Sequence record: CM040116.1
Reading direction: 5' to 3' (one strand)
Length of the DNA stretch: 32,000 nucleotides
The stretch's first letter is position 1. The number at the start of each line of letters is the position of its first letter. Under the pieces are notes generated by a model, which worked only from the letters and a program-made list of their open reading frames with translations, was not told the origin of the DNA and searched no databases. Made by a program: the position numbers and the translations under genes. Of this stretch, positions 20,701 through 31,248 are shown piece by piece.

Positions 20701-22338
20701 CCAGGAGAAGGTGGACAGCTACCAGGTAAAAAAGTTAGTCCTTATATTGCTAAATTACGTAATTGTAAACCTGGTGTTACTTTAATTTCCCCTCCTCCTC
20801 ATCACGATATTTATTCTATTGAAGATTTAGCACAGCTTATTTTTGATTTACATCAAATTAACCCCAAGGCACAAGTGTCTGTTAAATTGGTAGCAGAAAT
20901 AGGAATTGGGACTATAGCTGCGGGTGTTGCGAAAGCTAATGCTGATATTATTCAAATTTCTGGGCATGATGGAGGAACAGGCGCATCTCCTTTAAGTTCA
21001 ATTAAACATGCTGGATCTCCTTGGGAATTAGGATTATCAGAAGTTCACAAGACTTTAGTGGATAATCAATTAAGGGATAGAGTGATTTTAAGAGTAGATG
21101 GTGGTTTAAGAACAGGTAAAGATATAGTTTTAGCTGCTTTAATGGGTGCAGAAGAATTTGGTTTTGGAACAATTGCTATGATAGCTACAGGTTGTGTTAT
21201 GGCTCGTATATGTCATACAAATAATTGCCCTGTAGGTGTAGCAACTCAGCGAGAAGATTTACGCAAGCGTTATCCAGGTATACCAGCGGATTTAGTTAAT
21301 TTTTTTATTTATATAGCTCAAGAAGTTAGAGATATTTTATCTGATTTAGGTTATTCATCTTTATCAGAGATTATAGGGCATACTGAGCTAATTCAATATA
21401 AATATAGAAGCTTACATAAGACAGATTATTTAAGTTTAGCTCCATTATTGAATTCTCCTGCATATAATTACAATCTTTCTTTCCATGCCTCTACACATGA
21501 GAATGGTAATGTATTAGATGATGCTTTATTACTTGATACATCTGTATTACAAGCTATTGAAAGGGAGGAAGATATAATTAAAAAAGTCAATATTGTAAAT
21601 ACGGATAGAACTGTAGGTGCGAGGATATCTGGTTTTATAGCTAAAAAATATGGTAATAATGGCTTTAAAGGTAATCTACAATTAGATTTTAAAGGTATAG
21701 CAGGGCAAAGTTTTGGTGCTTTCATTCTACAAGGTATGCATTTAAGTTTGATTGGTGAAGCAAATGATTATGTAGGCAAAGGTATGAATGGAGGAGAAAT
21801 AATTGTTGTTCCAGAAGTTACTACACCACTTGATCAAATGCAGCCAGTTATTATTGGCAATACATGTTTATATGGAGCTACAGGAGGTTATTTATTTGTT
21901 AGTGGTCAAGCTGGTGAAAGATTTGCGGTCAGAAATTCATTAGCTCAAGCTGTAATTGAAGGGGTTGGTGATCATGCTTGTGAATATATGACGGGAGGTA
22001 TAGTAATTGTATTGGGATTAGCTGGAAGAAATATTGGTGCTGGTATGACTGGCGGTTTAGCTTATTTTTTGGACGAGAATAATGATTTAGTATCGAAGAT
22101 TAATAGTCAAATTGTTAAGTATCAAAGAATTGCAACTCATGAAGGTGAAAAACAATTGAAAAACTTTATCGAGCTCTATGAAATCAAGACTAAAAGTTTA
22201 AAGGCTCAACATATTTTGCAAAATTGGTCAAAGTTTTTACCTATGTTTTGGCAAATTTTCCCACCTTCAGAGGCGCATACAGCTTTGACTGATACTTCTT
22301 ATTCATCTTATAATGCAATCATAAATGAAATTAAATAA
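17746..22338 (+). CDS. gltB: Ferredoxin-dependent glutamate synthase (Fd-GOGAT)
   Basis: A 1530-aa protein with the N-terminal Cys amidotransferase (ERDACGVGF). It also has FMN and 3Fe-4S regions ([13 protein letters not shown]) and a C-terminal GXGXG beta-helix domain. Confidence 0.97.
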   Translation: MQASKYYNYQLNNLYKYPFMFSERDACGVGFITRIEHAPSHNIVKQALNSLNCMEHRGGCSADRVSGDGAGIMTQIPWRMLSDYVTDQKISQIGVAMLFMPKDKMESIQNIVEWVIGLNGLDFLKWRIVPVDENVLGVQAKANQPLVMQFFVRSKNLFGDTLEKSLFIIRKKIEKLISQSHLNLNKQFYFCSFSSRIIVYKGMVQSQVLSQYYLDLCNINYESNFAMYHRRFSTNTMPKWPLAQPMRFMAHNGEINTLLGNLNWMQSKESLFQQSYVSEDFDSLRPITNFDNSDSANLDAVLELLIQSGKSPQESLMILIPEAYKNQPALENFPEIVDFYEYHNSLQEPWDGPALVVFSDGKIVGATLDRNGLRPARYLITNNGFISLSSEVGVLDKNLGEITHKGRLGPGQMICVDMVNNLILDNWTVKQSVANKFPYKKWLDTYQKYLRPENYIQDSMLDFSTMMRLHTAFGYTNEDVELVIEHMASSAKEPTFCMGDDIPLAILSEKPHLLYDFFKQRFAQVTNPAIDPLRESLVMSLTTYLGSKGNFLEPNDYMAKSIKLDSPILNEIEIKQLSQYGLAVSVISTFFIQDSDNINFINRITEICEKTVQSIYQGSEIIILSDRLDVIEERKAFLPPLLIVGAVHHYLISQNLRHKVSIIVETAQCWSTHHFACLIGYGASAICPYMAFLTVRQWWHNPRTQKLMSIDKLSKITLTEAQHNYRCAIETGLLKILSKMGISLLSSYHGAQIFEILGLGKDIVNLAFKGTTSSLDGITLKELAVSTVDSYKNIINLKKSKKLPNLGYVQYRPSAEYHVNNPEMSKTLHKAVRNQDINLYNRYKNLLQDRPPTNLRDLLDFVGGKNSIVIDEVESIDSIVKRFCTGGMSLGALSRETHETLAIAMNRLGGKSNSGEGGEDHNRFYPIVDIDSSGVSNNFSHLKGLKSNDIASSAIKQIASGRFGVTPEYLMSAKQLEIKIAQGAKPGEGGQLPGKKVSPYIAKLRNCKPGVTLISPPPHHDIYSIEDLAQLIFDLHQINPKAQVSVKLVAEIGIGTIAAGVAKANADIIQISGHDGGTGASPLSSIKHAGSPWELGLSEVHKTLVDNQLRDRVILRVDGGLRTGKDIVLAALMGAEEFGFGTIAMIATGCVMARICHTNNCPVGVATQREDLRKRYPGIPADLVNFFIYIAQEVRDILSDLGYSSLSEIIGHTELIQYKYRSLHKTDYLSLAPLLNSPAYNYNLSFHASTHENGNVLDDALLLDTSVLQAIEREEDIIKKVNIVNTDRTVGARISGFIAKKYGNNGFKGNLQLDFKGIAGQSFGAFILQGMHLSLIGEANDYVGKGMNGGEIIVVPEVTTPLDQMQPVIIGNTCLYGATGGYLFVSGQAGERFAVRNSLAQAVIEGVGDHACEYMTGGIVIVLGLAGRNIGAGMTGGLAYFLDENNDLVSKINSQIVKYQRIATHEGEKQLKNFIELYEIKTKSLKAQHILQNWSKFLPMFWQIFPPSEAHTALTDTSYSSYNAIINEIK

Positions 22339-22514
22339 TTTTAAATTTCGATACTCAATTAATGTAAATACATTTGACGTTTTATGAAGTTTTGAATTTT
22401 TTAGTGTATGATTGATGCATACTATAACTTAAGATACTTTGCAAGGTGGTCAATAATTATTATTAGAATTGTTAATTGTATATAACATGTATATTGTTAG
22501 ATTTTTATTTTTAA

Positions 22515-22775
<261 letters not shown>

Positions 22776-22943
22776 ATTTTGATAGTACTAAATAATTATA
22801 TTACTTTATAAAGTGAGTCTATTAATTATTATATACAGTAAAAATTATAATAATTTAATAGAGTCATTTTCTAAATATTTTAATGTAAATGATAAATTCA
22901 TTAATATTGTGATTTTAAGACCTAAACTATTACTTTTTCAACC

Positions 22944-23658
22944 ATGAAAAATTTATTACCATTCGAATTGCAGCAAAAAATTTCCAAACAAAAAGCAGTA
23001 AAAATTATAACTAGATTAAATAATTTCTCAATTGATTCTATACTTAAGATAGTAAAAGCAGCAGAAATCGGTCAAGCTAGTTATATTGATATCGTTGCCA
23101 ATCCTAAAATAATATCTATAGTTAAATCTGTAACTAGCTTTCCATTATGTGTTTCTTTAATAGAACCGTTGGAATTATTAAATTGTGTTACGAAAGGTGC
23201 TGATATTGTAGAAATAGGTAATTTTGATGTGTTTTATAATAGAAAAATTTTTTTTTCTTCTGAGCAAATTCGTCTTGCAGTTCTTCTTGAGAAAATAGGT
23301 GTTTCTATAATACAGACAGAAGGTTACTCAACAAAGAATAATAGTTATAATCGAAATTGTAGTATTATTACATCAATGAATAATGCTTCTTCTACAATTT
23401 CTTCGAGTTATGTGATGTCTAAGTATGTTGATATACCTATTAGCAGCTTCTGGTATAAATTGTTTATCCGCCCCTGCAGCATTATCGTATGATGCTTCTG
23501 CTGTAGGCATAGGTTCTGCAATATCTAACTATGATATAATTTATGATATGGCTGTATATATTTATGAAATAGTATGCTCTATTGAGGCTTCCACTAATAC
23601 ATTTATAGTAAGCCCTTATTTATTTCATATGCATGATATTAACTATATAGCTTGTTAA
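22944..23658 (+). pseudogene. ycf23: ycf23 (DUF561 family) interrupted by a +1 frameshift near 23439-23443
   Basis: ORF 22944-23492 carries the Ycf23 N-terminal and central region (VKIITRLNNFS...AAEIGQASYIDIVANP...GADIVEIGNFD...IQTEG...SKYVDIPI). It then runs into unrelated residues. The conserved continuation AASGINCLSAPAALSYDASAVGIGSAI is in the +1 frame (ORF 23425-23658). Joined, the two parts give about 237 aa. Confidence 0.7.
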
Positions 23659-23722
23659 TTGATGTCATTACCAAAGATTTTATTTTTATGTTTAACGTTT
23701 ACAAGTTATAGTTGAGATTCTT

Positions 23723-24374
23723 ATGATTAAAGCGAAATTAAATCAAACGTGGAAATATTTAAGTAATGTGATTATATTCTATGTTTTTGTATTTATCGTA
23801 GTTATTATGCCTTTTGTTCTAAATATAAAAAAAAACTGGCTATTCTTTTTTTGTTTTATTTCATAATGGATATGGTTTAAAAGAAGGATCGGAAGTTCTA
23901 ATGAGAGGTATTAATATTGGTTATGTTAATAAAATTCAGGTTAAATATAATTATGTACTTATTAAGATAAACATTAATATGTCTTCTATACTAATTCCAA
24001 AAAATTCTTTAGTTGAAACAACTCAGACTGGCTTATTAAATGATACAGTAGTTGATATAACTCCTTTACAGAATATAAGTAGTCAAGATACAGAAAGTAC
24101 AAATGTATTTGCTGAATCTTGTGTAAAATCTTTATTTTTATGTCATTATGATTATATAAGAGGTGAGAGAGGATTAAACTATGATGATTTATTGAGAGCT
24201 GCAACAAGAATTTCTCAACGTTTTGATGATCCTGTATTATTTAATTTGGTAAATATATTATTGCATAACACAATTTATATTTCCAATGAATTTATAGAAT
24301 TTACAAATGTTATAGTTGATACAGCTATTTTAATTTATGATTATTTATATCAACTATTTTTTAGTCAGATATAG
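23723..24374 (+). pseudogene. ycf22: ycf22 (MlaD/MCE-domain, TGD2-like) interrupted by a +1 frameshift in 23829-23866
   Basis: ATG 23723 opens a 47-codon frame that encodes a transmembrane anchor (MIKAKLNQTWKYLSNVIIFYVFVFIVVIMPFVLNIKK...) and stops at 23864-23866. The MCE-domain frame is open from 23829 (KKTGYSFFVLFHNGYGLKEGSEVLMRGINIGYVNKIQVK...TGLLNDTVVDITPLQ) and continues to 24374. The overlap holds an A9 run (23827-23835) and a T7 run (23846-23852). Confidence 0.65.
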
Positions 24375-24427
24375 ACTAGCAAATATAATTTATAAATCGT
24401 TATTTTTAAGTTATTATTTTATTTATT

Positions 24428-25399
24428 ATGACAACTCGTAAAGCTTTATCCTTGGATTTTTTAAGACCTATAATAGAATTAGAATACCAGATACAGCAGT
24501 TAAGTAAAATATCTATTCATCAAAAAGTTTCTTTAGATCAAGAGTTAGTTTTCTTTACAGAACAACTATCTATTTTAAAATATGACGTGTTTCAGTCTTT
24601 GACTCCTTTACAGAGATTACATTTAGTACGTCAAGCAGATAGGCCAACAACTTTAGACTACGTGCCTTATATCATGAATGAATGGCTTGAATTGCATGGA
24701 GACAGAGGGGGAGCAGATGATCCTGCTTTAGTCGGTGGTATAGGTAAATTAAATAATCATACGGTTATTTTTGTTGGTCATCAAAGAGGTAAAGATACTA
24801 AAGATAATGTACTAAGAAATTTTGGCATGGCATCCCCAGGAGGTTATCGTAAAGCTTTACGTTTAATGCAACATGCAAATCAATTTAATTTTCCTATTTT
24901 AACTTTTATTGATACCCCTGGTGCATGGGCAGGTATGGAAGCAGAAAAATTAGGTCAAGGTGAGGCTATTGCTGTAAATCTTAGAGAAATGTTCTCATTA
25001 GATGTTCCTATTATTTGTACAATTTTGGGAGAAGGTGGTTCAGGAGGTGCTTTAGGAATAGGAATAGGTGATAAAATCTTAATGCTTGAATATGCAGTAT
25101 ATACTGTAGCGACTCCTGAAGCTTGTGCAGCTATTTTATGGAAAGATAGTAAGCGCTCTTTAGATGCAGCAGAGGCATTGAAAATCACTTCTGCTGATTT
25201 GGAAATATTGGGTATAATTGATAAAGTAGTAAAAGAGCCTATAGGTGGATCTCAGGCTAATCCTTCTCAAGCAGCATATATTTTAAAAGAGTCTTTAATA
25301 GCTGAATTAGAAATTCTATTAAAACTTTTACCATCTGATAGAAAAAAACTGAGATATAATAAGTTTCGCAAAATAGGAACTTTCTATGAAGGATCTTAG
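24428..25399 (+). CDS. accA: Acetyl-CoA carboxylase carboxyltransferase alpha subunit
   Basis: The motifs RPTTLDY, HGDRGGADDPALVGGIG, TFIDTPGAWAG and GEGGSGGALG match AccA. Confidence 0.93.
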   Translation: MTTRKALSLDFLRPIIELEYQIQQLSKISIHQKVSLDQELVFFTEQLSILKYDVFQSLTPLQRLHLVRQADRPTTLDYVPYIMNEWLELHGDRGGADDPALVGGIGKLNNHTVIFVGHQRGKDTKDNVLRNFGMASPGGYRKALRLMQHANQFNFPILTFIDTPGAWAGMEAEKLGQGEAIAVNLREMFSLDVPIICTILGEGGSGGALGIGIGDKILMLEYAVYTVATPEACAAILWKDSKRSLDAAEALKITSADLEILGIIDKVVKEPIGGSQANPSQAAYILKESLIAELEILLKLLPSDRKKLRYNKFRKIGTFYEGS

Positions 25400-25462
25400 A
25401 ATTATTTTTGCATAATATAGTATTTGGAGATGTAATAATGACAAAGCGTACTATATTAATTA

Positions 25463-25723
25463 TTAATTTATTATTCCTATACTACTTAAGCCAATAATTG
25501 TACCAGCTCCAACAATATGTCCTAAGCTTGTTGTTGCCAATAGTTCAGGAAGACCAAATCCTTGTAAACCTAAAGTAGGGATAGAAGGGCCTAGTCCTCT
25601 AACTTTTATAGCATATCTTCCTAGCCCTATACATAATAGATTACAAATAATCATAATGATTGAACTTGATATAGACCAAGAAGATGTATGTGGAATAATA
25701 CTAATTAAAGTTTGTGTATTCAT
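25463..25723 (-). CDS. psaK: Photosystem I subunit X (PsaK)
   Basis: An 86-aa protein with two transmembrane helices and the conserved segment GLPELLATTSLGHIVGAGTIIGL. Confidence 0.85.
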   Translation of the reverse strand: MNTQTLISIIPHTSSWSISSSIIMIICNLLCIGLGRYAIKVRGLGPSIPTLGLQGFGLPELLATTSLGHIVGAGTIIGLSSIGIIN

Positions 25724-25827
25724 TGTTGTGTTAGATATTATTTTAATAAATAGTATATTTTATATTATATGTTGATCTCATATACTTCTCTAAAAATTAG
25801 ACAAGAATTAACATAATATATTTCTTT

Positions 25828-26703
25828 TTATAAAAACCAACCATAACTATGTAAACCTTGGCCCAAAAAGTTAACTCCTAAGTAGCAGATCCATACAACT
25901 GCAAATCCAATAGAAGCCAAAATAGCAGGCTTTTCACCTTTCCATGCTTTATTTAATCTTGAATGTAAATATGCTGCAAATACTAGCCAAGTTATTAAAG
26001 CCCATGTTTCTTTAGGATCCCAACTCCAATAAGAACCCCAAGCTTCATTAGCCCATACAGCTCCAGCTATAATTCCAATAGTTAGTAAAGGAAAGCCGAG
26101 TCCAATTACTCGATAACTTAAATTGTCTATACTTTGTAGAAGATTGATTCTACTTAATTGTTGTGTATAGCTATTTAACTGCATATTATTGTTAGCTCTA
26201 TTTCTTATATTATATAAAATAAGAAATAGAATAGACAATAAAGAACCCAGTATTAGTGTTGCATAACTTATCATCATTATACTAACATGCATCATTAACC
26301 AGTTAGATCTGAGTGCTGGAACTAGTGGAGAAGCTTCTTGCATATTTTCGGGCAATGAAAGACTTGCAAATCCTATAGTAAATAAACCTATTGGTGTAGT
26401 AATAGAGCCTATGAATGGGCTTTTATTTTGTTGTTCTAATATTAATTGTAAGAAATTTAGTGCCCATGTTAGAAAAATTAATGATTCATATAAATTACTT
26501 AAAGGGAAATAGCCATTATATATCCATCTTAAACTTAAAGAAGCACTAAGTAATAGATTTATGCTAATGGTAATTAGAGTACCTAATTTATATAAAACTT
26601 TTGATTTTTTGAACGCTATATTAATCCAATATATCATTAAGTTTATAAGAAACAGTGCGAAAGATATATTAATACAATTGTTTTCCATTAATATCCTATT
26701 CAT
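25828..26703 (-). CDS. ccsA: Cytochrome c biogenesis protein CcsA
   Basis: A polytopic membrane protein with the Trp-rich haem-handling motif [23 protein letters not shown] and conserved His residues. Confidence 0.9.
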   Translation of the reverse strand: MNRILMENNCINISFALFLINLMIYWINIAFKKSKVLYKLGTLITISINLLLSASLSLRWIYNGYFPLSNLYESLIFLTWALNFLQLILEQQNKSPFIGSITTPIGLFTIGFASLSLPENMQEASPLVPALRSNWLMMHVSIMMISYATLILGSLLSILFLILYNIRNRANNNMQLNSYTQQLSRINLLQSIDNLSYRVIGLGFPLLTIGIIAGAVWANEAWGSYWSWDPKETWALITWLVFAAYLHSRLNKAWKGEKPAILASIGFAVVWICYLGVNFLGQGLHSYGWFL

Positions 26704-26797
26704 AATATTTATTCAGATTAATTCAAATTAATCATAAATATATCATACATTAATTTAATATTATTCTTAAAATACTTAATCAATAAGTTATTATAAA

Positions 26798-26836
26798 AAA
26801 ACAACCAAAATTAAAATATTTAATTTTGGTTGTTTT
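26798..26836. terminator. Perfect 18-bp stem-loop downstream of cpeA
   Basis: Positions 26798-26815 (AAAACAACCAAAATTAAA) pair perfectly with 26819-26836 (TTTAATTTTGGTTGTTTT) around a 3-nt loop. The hairpin lies 74 nt 3' of the cpeA stop. On the transcribed (minus) strand it is followed by a T-run. Confidence 0.65.
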
Positions 26837-26909
26837 AAATATCAATCAAGTTATCTCATATAATATAGTTTGATTACTAGATGATGATTTATTTATATAT
26901 TGTATTAAA

Positions 26910-27422
<513 letters not shown>

Positions 27423-27471
27423 TTAATATATTTGTAGGTTATCTTGAATCTTTTTATATACTCAATATTAT

Positions 27472-28101
<630 letters not shown>

Positions 28102-28172
28102 TCAAGCAGTTATATCTATAACAAATTAATATTATTTAATATTTCCAATTTAATAGAATATATTTAGATGAG

Positions 28173-28346
28173 TTAAGATAGAGAATTTTTAATAAAATAT
28201 TTAATTATATTATCTTTGATTATCATTTGCTTCAAAGTTAATATCAGATGTTTTCTAATTTGTTTATCGCTTAGTTGATCAACTTTTTTACGATAGATAG
28301 TCAGCTTGAATTCTTGTTCAAGAGTTAATGGGTTTTTGGTATCCAT
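28173..28346 (-). CDS. nblA: Phycobilisome degradation protein NblA (Ycf18)
   Basis: Reverse-strand hand translation gives MDTKNPLTLEQEFKLTIYRKKVDQLSDKQIRKHLILTLKQMIIKDNIIKYFIKNSLS (57 aa). It matches the NblA pattern LSLEQ.FKL......V..L...Q....L......QMM.KDN.I. It is absent from the ORF track. Confidence 0.8.
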   Translation of the reverse strand: MDTKNPLTLEQEFKLTIYRKKVDQLSDKQIRKHLILTLKQMIIKDNIIKYFIKNSLS

Positions 28347-28611
28347 ATTACTTATTAATTCTTACCTAATAATAATTAAAAATATAGAGTTTAAACTTTA
28401 AATAATTATAATCAAGAAGATTTTACTAATATCAGTTGATTCAAAATCATTTGGTTTATTAATTCCAGTATAATATTGTATTATAAATATGTATATAATT
28501 AATATATAGCTTAAAATTATGGTTACAAAAGTGTGTCATACAAATCACACTGCTATAATATGTACATATCTTATATAAATTGAAGTCAATATTTTGTCTA
28601 TAAGATCAATT

Positions 28612-28617
28612 AGGAGG
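28612..28617 (+). promoter_or_regulatory. Shine-Dalgarno-like AGGAGG upstream of cpcG
   Basis: AGGAGG lies 4 nt upstream of the cpcG ATG at 28622. Confidence 0.45.
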
Positions 28618-28621
28618 TTTT

Positions 28622-29308
28622 ATGTCTATACCTTTACTAAATTATTCATTATCTACACAAAATCAAAGGGTAGATGGCTTTGAATACTTGCCAGGTGAAG
28701 AGCAGCCTAAAATATATAGTACAGATGATGTTCCAGCAGCAGAGGAGATGGATGAAATAATTTGGGCTGCTTATCGCCAAATATTTAGTGAGCATCAAAT
28801 TTTAAGTAGAACAGCTCAACCTTTTTTAGAGTCACAATTAAGGTTTAATCAAATTAAAGTCAAAGATTTTATCAAGGGATTGTTGTTATCCGAACCATTC
28901 CTTACTTTTAATTACAATGTGAATAATAATTACCGTTTTGTAGAAATGTGTATTCAAAGAGTATTAGGAAGAGACATATATAATCAAAGAGAAAAACTGG
29001 CTTTTTCAATTATAATTGCTTCCAAAGGTTTGAAAACTTTTGTCAATATGTTATTGAGTAGTGATGAGTATATAGAAAATTTTGGTGATAATACAGTTCC
29101 TTATCAAAGGAGAAGAGTGATTGCACAAAGAAGTAAAGGTGAGGTACCTTTTAATTTAAAAACTCCTCGTATGGGCAAAAATTTTGCCATTAAACAAGGG
29201 ATGCCACAACTATTATGGGCTGGACCTGTGAGAAAATTTCGACCTCAAGAACAACAGCCAAAAGCAGGGGATCCAGCTTTATTTTTAAATATGGTTAATG
29301 ATATTTAG
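28622..29308 (+). CDS. cpcG: Phycobilisome rod-core linker CpcG
   Basis: The protein has a PBS-linker domain (IIWAAYRQIFSEHQIL...ESQLRFNQIKVKDFIKGLLLSEPF...FVEMCIQRVLGRD...SDEYIENFGDNTVPYQRRR). Its length of about 228 aa is typical of CpcG. Confidence 0.85.
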   Translation: MSIPLLNYSLSTQNQRVDGFEYLPGEEQPKIYSTDDVPAAEEMDEIIWAAYRQIFSEHQILSRTAQPFLESQLRFNQIKVKDFIKGLLLSEPFLTFNYNVNNNYRFVEMCIQRVLGRDIYNQREKLAFSIIIASKGLKTFVNMLLSSDEYIENFGDNTVPYQRRRVIAQRSKGEVPFNLKTPRMGKNFAIKQGMPQLLWAGPVRKFRPQEQQPKAGDPALFLNMVNDI

Positions 29309-29383
29309 TTATTACAAACATTTCTAGAAAAAATGTAAAAATGTTTCTTTAATAATCAACATAAATGTAACTTTTTAGTATTT

Positions 29384-29418
29384 AGACAATTCTAAGTTAA
29401 TATATTTAAGAATTGTCT
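29384..29418. terminator. 10-bp stem-loop between convergent cpcG and ycf20
   Basis: AGACAATTCT (29384-29393) pairs with AGAATTGTCT (29409-29418) around a 15-nt loop. A second 8-bp hairpin, AAACATTT/AAATGTTT, sits at 29316-29346. Confidence 0.45.
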
Positions 29419-29488
29419 TAAAAATTATATTTTAAGATGTGTACAAATGTCATTGTTCTAGTGGTTTTATAATTTTTGGCACTTGGTT

Positions 29489-29763
29489 TTAACTACCTAA
29501 TTTAAAAGCATCTACAAATAATCCATAAATAATACCTATTCGAATATAATTGAGTACATATAAACGAAGAAATTTATGATTCCTTCTTAAATATTTATAT
29601 ATGTTTTTACTTGTAATTTCATTAATAGCTACTATTATAGATCCTGCTATTATTGCCCAATCACCTGTTTGTGATGGAATAGTCGAAAAAACTGTGGACA
29701 AAAAAAACCTAAAAATAGGCTAATTAACTGAATTATTACTGCATTAAAATTTTCTTTGAGCAT
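29489..29763 (-). pseudogene. ycf20: ycf20 (DUF565) interrupted by a frameshift at a T8 run (A8 on the + strand, 29700-29707)
   Basis: Reverse-strand ATG 29763 encodes MLKENFNAVIIQLISLFLGFF and reaches the T8 run. The conserved continuation STVFSTIPSQTGDWAIIAGSIIVAINEI...GLFVDAFKLGS is in the adjacent frame, which the ORF track starts at a TTG at 29701. One extra T would fuse the two into an ORF of about 91 aa. Confidence 0.6.
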
Positions 29764-29787
29764 TTTTTATTTCTTAATTAATATATT

Positions 29788-29830
29788 TTTGATCTATATA
29801 AATGTAAAAATCAATTATATACAGATCAAA
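29788..29830. terminator. Stem-loop downstream of apcF
   Basis: TTTGATCT (29788-29795) pairs with AGATCAAA (29823-29830), and an ATATA/TATAT extension is possible after a 1-nt bulge. The hairpin lies about 50 nt 3' of the apcF stop on the minus strand. Confidence 0.4.
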
Positions 29831-29879
29831 TATTTGTATTAATTGATATTGTTTACAATACTTATTATAATAGGATGAT

Positions 29880-30389
29880 TTATAGATCCTGTTCACTCAA
29901 ACTTTTAATCATATATTGAAATGGCTCAACAACAAATTTTATTGCATCAATATTTTGTGATTTTATTTCTTCTTCTATGATATCTTGTAACAGTTTTATA
30001 CTTCTAACAGTTGGTGCAATTGGTACGCTCAACGAGTTATATACATCTCGTAGTCCGTCTAAAACTCGTTCTTGTAAAATATTAGTGTTTGCAGCAACTA
30101 TTGCATAGCTTGCATATCTTAAATAATATTCAATATCACGTAAGCAAGCAGCATATCTTCTAGTTGTATAAGAATTACCACCAGGCCTTAAAAGTTCTGG
30201 TTGTTCTTCATATAATCGTGTAGCAGCCTCTTTAACTATTTTAGCAGCCTTACAGTTGATAATTTCTGTTACTTTAATTCTATTTGAAGCTGTTACGAAG
30301 TAACTATTTAATTCTTCTATTGCTATTTTATCTAAATATTTTCCTGTTAAATCATATCGATTTAAAATTGTAGTAATAGCATCTTGCAT
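29880..30389 (-). CDS. apcF: Allophycocyanin beta-18 subunit (ApcF)
   Basis: The translation MQDAITTILNRYDLTGKYLDK...EEQPELLRPGGNSYTTRRYAACLRDIEYYLRYASYA matches ApcF rather than ApcB. AGGAG lies upstream. Confidence 0.9.
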   Translation of the reverse strand: MQDAITTILNRYDLTGKYLDKIAIEELNSYFVTASNRIKVTEIINCKAAKIVKEAATRLYEEQPELLRPGGNSYTTRRYAACLRDIEYYLRYASYAIVAANTNILQERVLDGLRDVYNSLSVPIAPTVRSIKLLQDIIEEEIKSQNIDAIKFVVEPFQYMIKSLSEQDL

Positions 30390-30538
30390 TACTTATATCT
30401 CCTATCAAGTTGAACTAACATAGATATTATAATTCATTTTAATCATTTTGATATATTGTGTTACTATTTATAATTTAGAAATATAAAATATATAGTATAA
30501 TAAAATGCTAACAAACATAAAATATAATCGTATATTCG

Positions 30539-30793
30539 ATGGATTCTTCTTATTGTATAATTAAAATTATAAATCATCATACAATTGCATGCTTTGTCTT
30601 CCGAAACAACAATTTAAATTTTTGTAGTTATCCTATTTGTTTAACGGCATATGATTATACTTCAATTAACCAATTAATGACTCAACATGAATGTATAAAT
30701 TTGTTATCTATACAACATATACAATATATATCTAAAGAATTATATAAAGCGAATTTATGTTTATTGTTATCTCAAAACTATACTCAGAGTTAA
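30539..30793 (+). CDS. Small conserved-looking ORF of unknown function (possibly the DUF4346/ycf91-type plastid ORF)
   Basis: An 84-aa stop-free frame in very AT-rich DNA. Its C-terminal stretch LSIQHIQYISKELYKANLCLLLSQNYTQS loosely resembles the H.aYLG.EL.KAE..L......Y.QD end that I recall for DUF4346. This is a weak, memory-based call. Confidence 0.35.
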   Translation: MDSSYCIIKIINHHTIACFVFRNNNLNFCSYPICLTAYDYTSINQLMTQHECINLLSIQHIQYISKELYKANLCLLLSQNYTQS

Positions 30794-30944
30794 CTATTAA
30801 GATATTTAGATATATCGTGTATATCTTAATATATTATATAAATTTCAACTATTTATATGATTTAAATTTTATGATACAATTTATAGTAATTTATAAAAAG
30901 TTTATAGATATTTTGTAATATATTAAATCAAATAACTGCAAGTA

Positions 30945-31017
30945 GAGCATGTAACTCAGAGGATAGAGTGTCAGATTCCGATTCTGAAAGTCGAGGGTTC
31001 AAGTCCTTCCATGCTTA
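30945..31017 (+). tRNA. trnR: tRNA-Arg (anticodon CCG)
   Basis: The sequence is GAGCATGTAACTCAGAGGATAGAGTGTCAGATTCCGATTCTGAAAGTCGAGGGTTCAAGTCCTTCCATGCTTA. The acceptor is GAGCATG/CATGCTT with a G1-U72 pair. The anticodon stem is TCAGA/TCTGA with loop TTCCGAT. The T loop is TTCAAGT. Confidence 0.88.
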
Positions 31018-31248
31018 TTCGGTACAAACGAAGAATGTATTTGCTATCTTTTCAATAACTAATTATATTGTACTTATATATAAAATTAGATAAAAATTAA
31101 TAATTAAAAAAGAATTTGAATTTTTATCTGAGTAGAAAGAGTCTTGGTTTAATTAGTTGAGTTATCAACAAAAACTATAAAAAATTTTATTTTATTGTTG
31201 TATAATATAAAGTGTTAATATTCACTTATATTCTGTTAAAGAAAAAGA

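Noticed and set aside
22814-22866. Long imperfect inverted repeat downstream of psaC
   Set aside because: It has an internal G-G mismatch and a bulge, and it is almost pure A/T. It could be a 3' element, but the evidence is weaker than for the perfect hairpins I report.
23986-24207. 73-aa antisense ORF inside ycf22
   Set aside because: It is low-complexity and antisense to the MCE-domain region, with no start context or homology.
24955-25188. 77-aa antisense ORF inside accA
   Set aside because: It is antisense to the conserved carboxyltransferase core (the GEGGSGGALG region). It is a mirror-frame artefact.
25414-25457. 9-bp inverted repeat (AATATAGTA / TACTATATT) between convergent accA and psaK
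   Set aside because: The loop is 26 nt and the stem is entirely A/T apart from one G-C pair. This is too weak to tell apart from chance complementarity.
31201-31206. TATAAT hexamer about 43 nt upstream of ssrA, considered as a -10 box
   Set aside because: No acceptable -35 element lies at 17 +/- 1 nt spacing, and TATAAT-like hexamers occur by chance throughout this AT-rich DNA. A promoter call cannot be supported without transcript mapping.
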